Assembly: GCF_020745735.1 (NCBI RefSeq)
Contig: NC_083410.1
Span: 3,508,117 to 3,572,116 of the forward strand
From: Hemiscyllium ocellatum
Taxonomy: Eukaryota
Direction of reading: 5' to 3'
DNA length: 64,000 nt
In this document: one piece after another, positions 62,311 to 64,000 of the stretch
Position numbering within the stretch: the first letter of the stretch is position 1
Layout: each line of letters begins with the position of its first letter
Position numbers and translations under genes: made by a program
The notes under the pieces: generated by a model
The model's input: the letters and a program-made list of their open reading frames with translations, nothing else
Database searches by the model: none
Told to the model about the DNA's origin: nothing

Positions 62311-64000
62311 ATTCTCTATAATCAATACTATTGAATTTGTTCCATTAAAACACCTTCAGGACTTCACAAACTGTGAACTAGTTTGAAGTTCAGTATCTGT
62401 GATAGCACCGAATCCTGGGTCTGTTCCAAACTGGGAGCATTTCTGAAGGTGAATGTGCTGAATGCCAGTTCATGTTTTGTGTGATGGTGTTAATTGAAGG
62501 AAGGATGTTGGTTGTCAGGAGATGGAGAGTATCTCCTGCTCTTTTTCACATTGTGCTTTGTGATCTTTAAATCTTCAAATTTATTGCTTGAGCACTCCAC
62601 ACAACATCTGATGGAAACAAGGACAGAGTGCAATCTTCTCTCTGTTGCTGCTGTGTGTAACCCCTCCTGCCAGATGATCTGCTGCCATGGTGCCACATTC
62701 ATCTGTCTTGTACCAGCCTCACCCATCCACTGAAACTCGTCTGAAACCGCTGTGTGACATCTGCCTAGTCTACTAGAACATCAGCTTCAAGCCAAGCTCC
62801 AGAAATAGTTTTGACAGCCACAGCTTCCTGCCCTCAGGAGGTGGGTGCCTGGGATATGTTGCCAGTGGAGGTGGTAGAGGCGAGCACAATTGTGTCATTG
62901 AAGATGTATTCTGATACATAAATGAGCAGGGCTTAGGGGCATACAGATCCTTAGACAATAGGTGATACGTCTAGATAGAGGATCTGGATTGGTGCAGGCT
63001 TGGAGGTCCGAAGAGCCTGTTCATGTGCTGTAATTCTTTTTAATCTTTGTTCTTCTTTTTACTAGGTGAGAGAGAGTTACCAACTGATCCAAGTCCCACC
63101 ATTTCCCAGCTGTTCCAAGGATGAACAATAGTGCGCAATAAACTGGAGTTTTCACCATCTACAGAACAAAGAGAGGGAACGCCAGTAGGAAATGTGGTTT
63201 TGACAATTTGCCTGAAATAGGGGTTGCCTTTTCTGAACATCAGCTGCAAACTGAGCCCAGGAAACAGAAAAGGGGAAGCAACATTTACTTTACAGAGTGG
63301 CATCTCTCTGTTCCCAAAATCACAGGAAGCCATTGGGCCCATTGTTTCAGCACTGGCTTTCTCAGCACTTTGGCGTAGTGCCAATTGACTTGCCTTTTCC
63401 CCTTCAACCTGCACATCATTTTGGTTTGAATAATCATCCAATACTGTTGGATGTTAAATACCTCATTTGGAGCTTTAGACCACAAGACATAGAAAGAGAA
63501 TTCAGCCATTTTGCCCATCATGCCTGTTTCACCATTCAGTGAGATCATGGCCGCTCTGATAGCCCCCATCTCTACTTTCCTGCCTTTTCCCCATAACCCT
63601 GGATTCCATTCCTGATTGAAAACATATATCTCTAAACTTAAATATATTTCATGACTCAGCCTTTGACAGCCCTCTGAAGTAAAAATATTCCTCAGATTCA
63701 CTTCCTCTGAAAGATGAAATTCTTACTCATCTCCATCTTAAAACACAGACCCATTCCTATGAGCTTTTGTCCTCTGGTCCCAGACACTCCCACAAAGGGA
63801 AACAACCTTCTTTTCATATTCATCTTGTCAAGGCCCAAAGAAACTGAGATGTTTCAAACTTGCTTTTCATTCTAATCTCTAAACCAGGAGAAGTCCCTCT
63901 CCTTACTCTTAAAGTACCAGGCACAATTCTGATAACTGTGTAAACAAAGATTTTGTTGAACTATAAAGCGTATAGATACTATTTACATGGATGTTGGTGG

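Larger units (their letters stand above)
37740..64000 (+). repeat. Direct segmental duplication of about 7570-26400, continuing past the window end
   Basis: Collinear matches: 37740-43528 to 7570-11330; 48561-55616 to 11100-15597; 55630-60530 to 16054-20310; 60540-64000 to 21795-26390. Lineage-specific insertions differ. Confidence 0.95.

Noticed and set aside
1-64000. CRISPR arrays, rRNA, prokaryotic operons, C1-domain exon
   Set aside because: No regularly spaced repeats, no rRNA-like sequence, and no exon with a C1-set Cys/Trp pattern found by eye.

Overview
Eukaryotic, repeat-rich genomic DNA. The repertoire of CR1 LINEs, HE1-type tRNA-derived SINEs and Penelope-like elements points to a cartilaginous fish, probably a shark (inference). 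Most of the window is decayed retroelements. The non-repeat sequence holds a cluster of NON-REARRANGING, germline-joined VJ-type Ig-superfamily receptor genes. Gene 1 (minus strand) looks intact: leader exon 15955-15904, VJ exon 12013-11678, transmembrane exon 8263-8125/8103, with all junctions phase-compatible. It has no RSS and no C-domain exon, and its cytoplasmic tail is unresolved. The roughly 7.6-26.4 kb cassette is duplicated at about 37.7-64 kb, with a nested internal re-duplication at 43.5-48.6 kb. The copy keeps an intact VJ exon (50040-49705) and TM exon (38431-38299) but has lost the leader and has a weakened donor. A divergently oriented plus-strand family member survives as a leader (24176), a decayed V (24373), a VJ 3' remnant (27564-27624) and a possible TM exon. 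Further decayed V-like exons lie at about 17.4-17.7 kb and 18.9-19.3 kb and in their copies. Other elements are a tRNA-Leu(AAG) nested in a CR1, three Penelope elements, two ~220-bp hairpin mini-elements with hammerhead-ribozyme cores, a solo LTR and one N-gap. All translations, alignments and counts were done by eye, with no database searches. Repeat boundaries are approximate.
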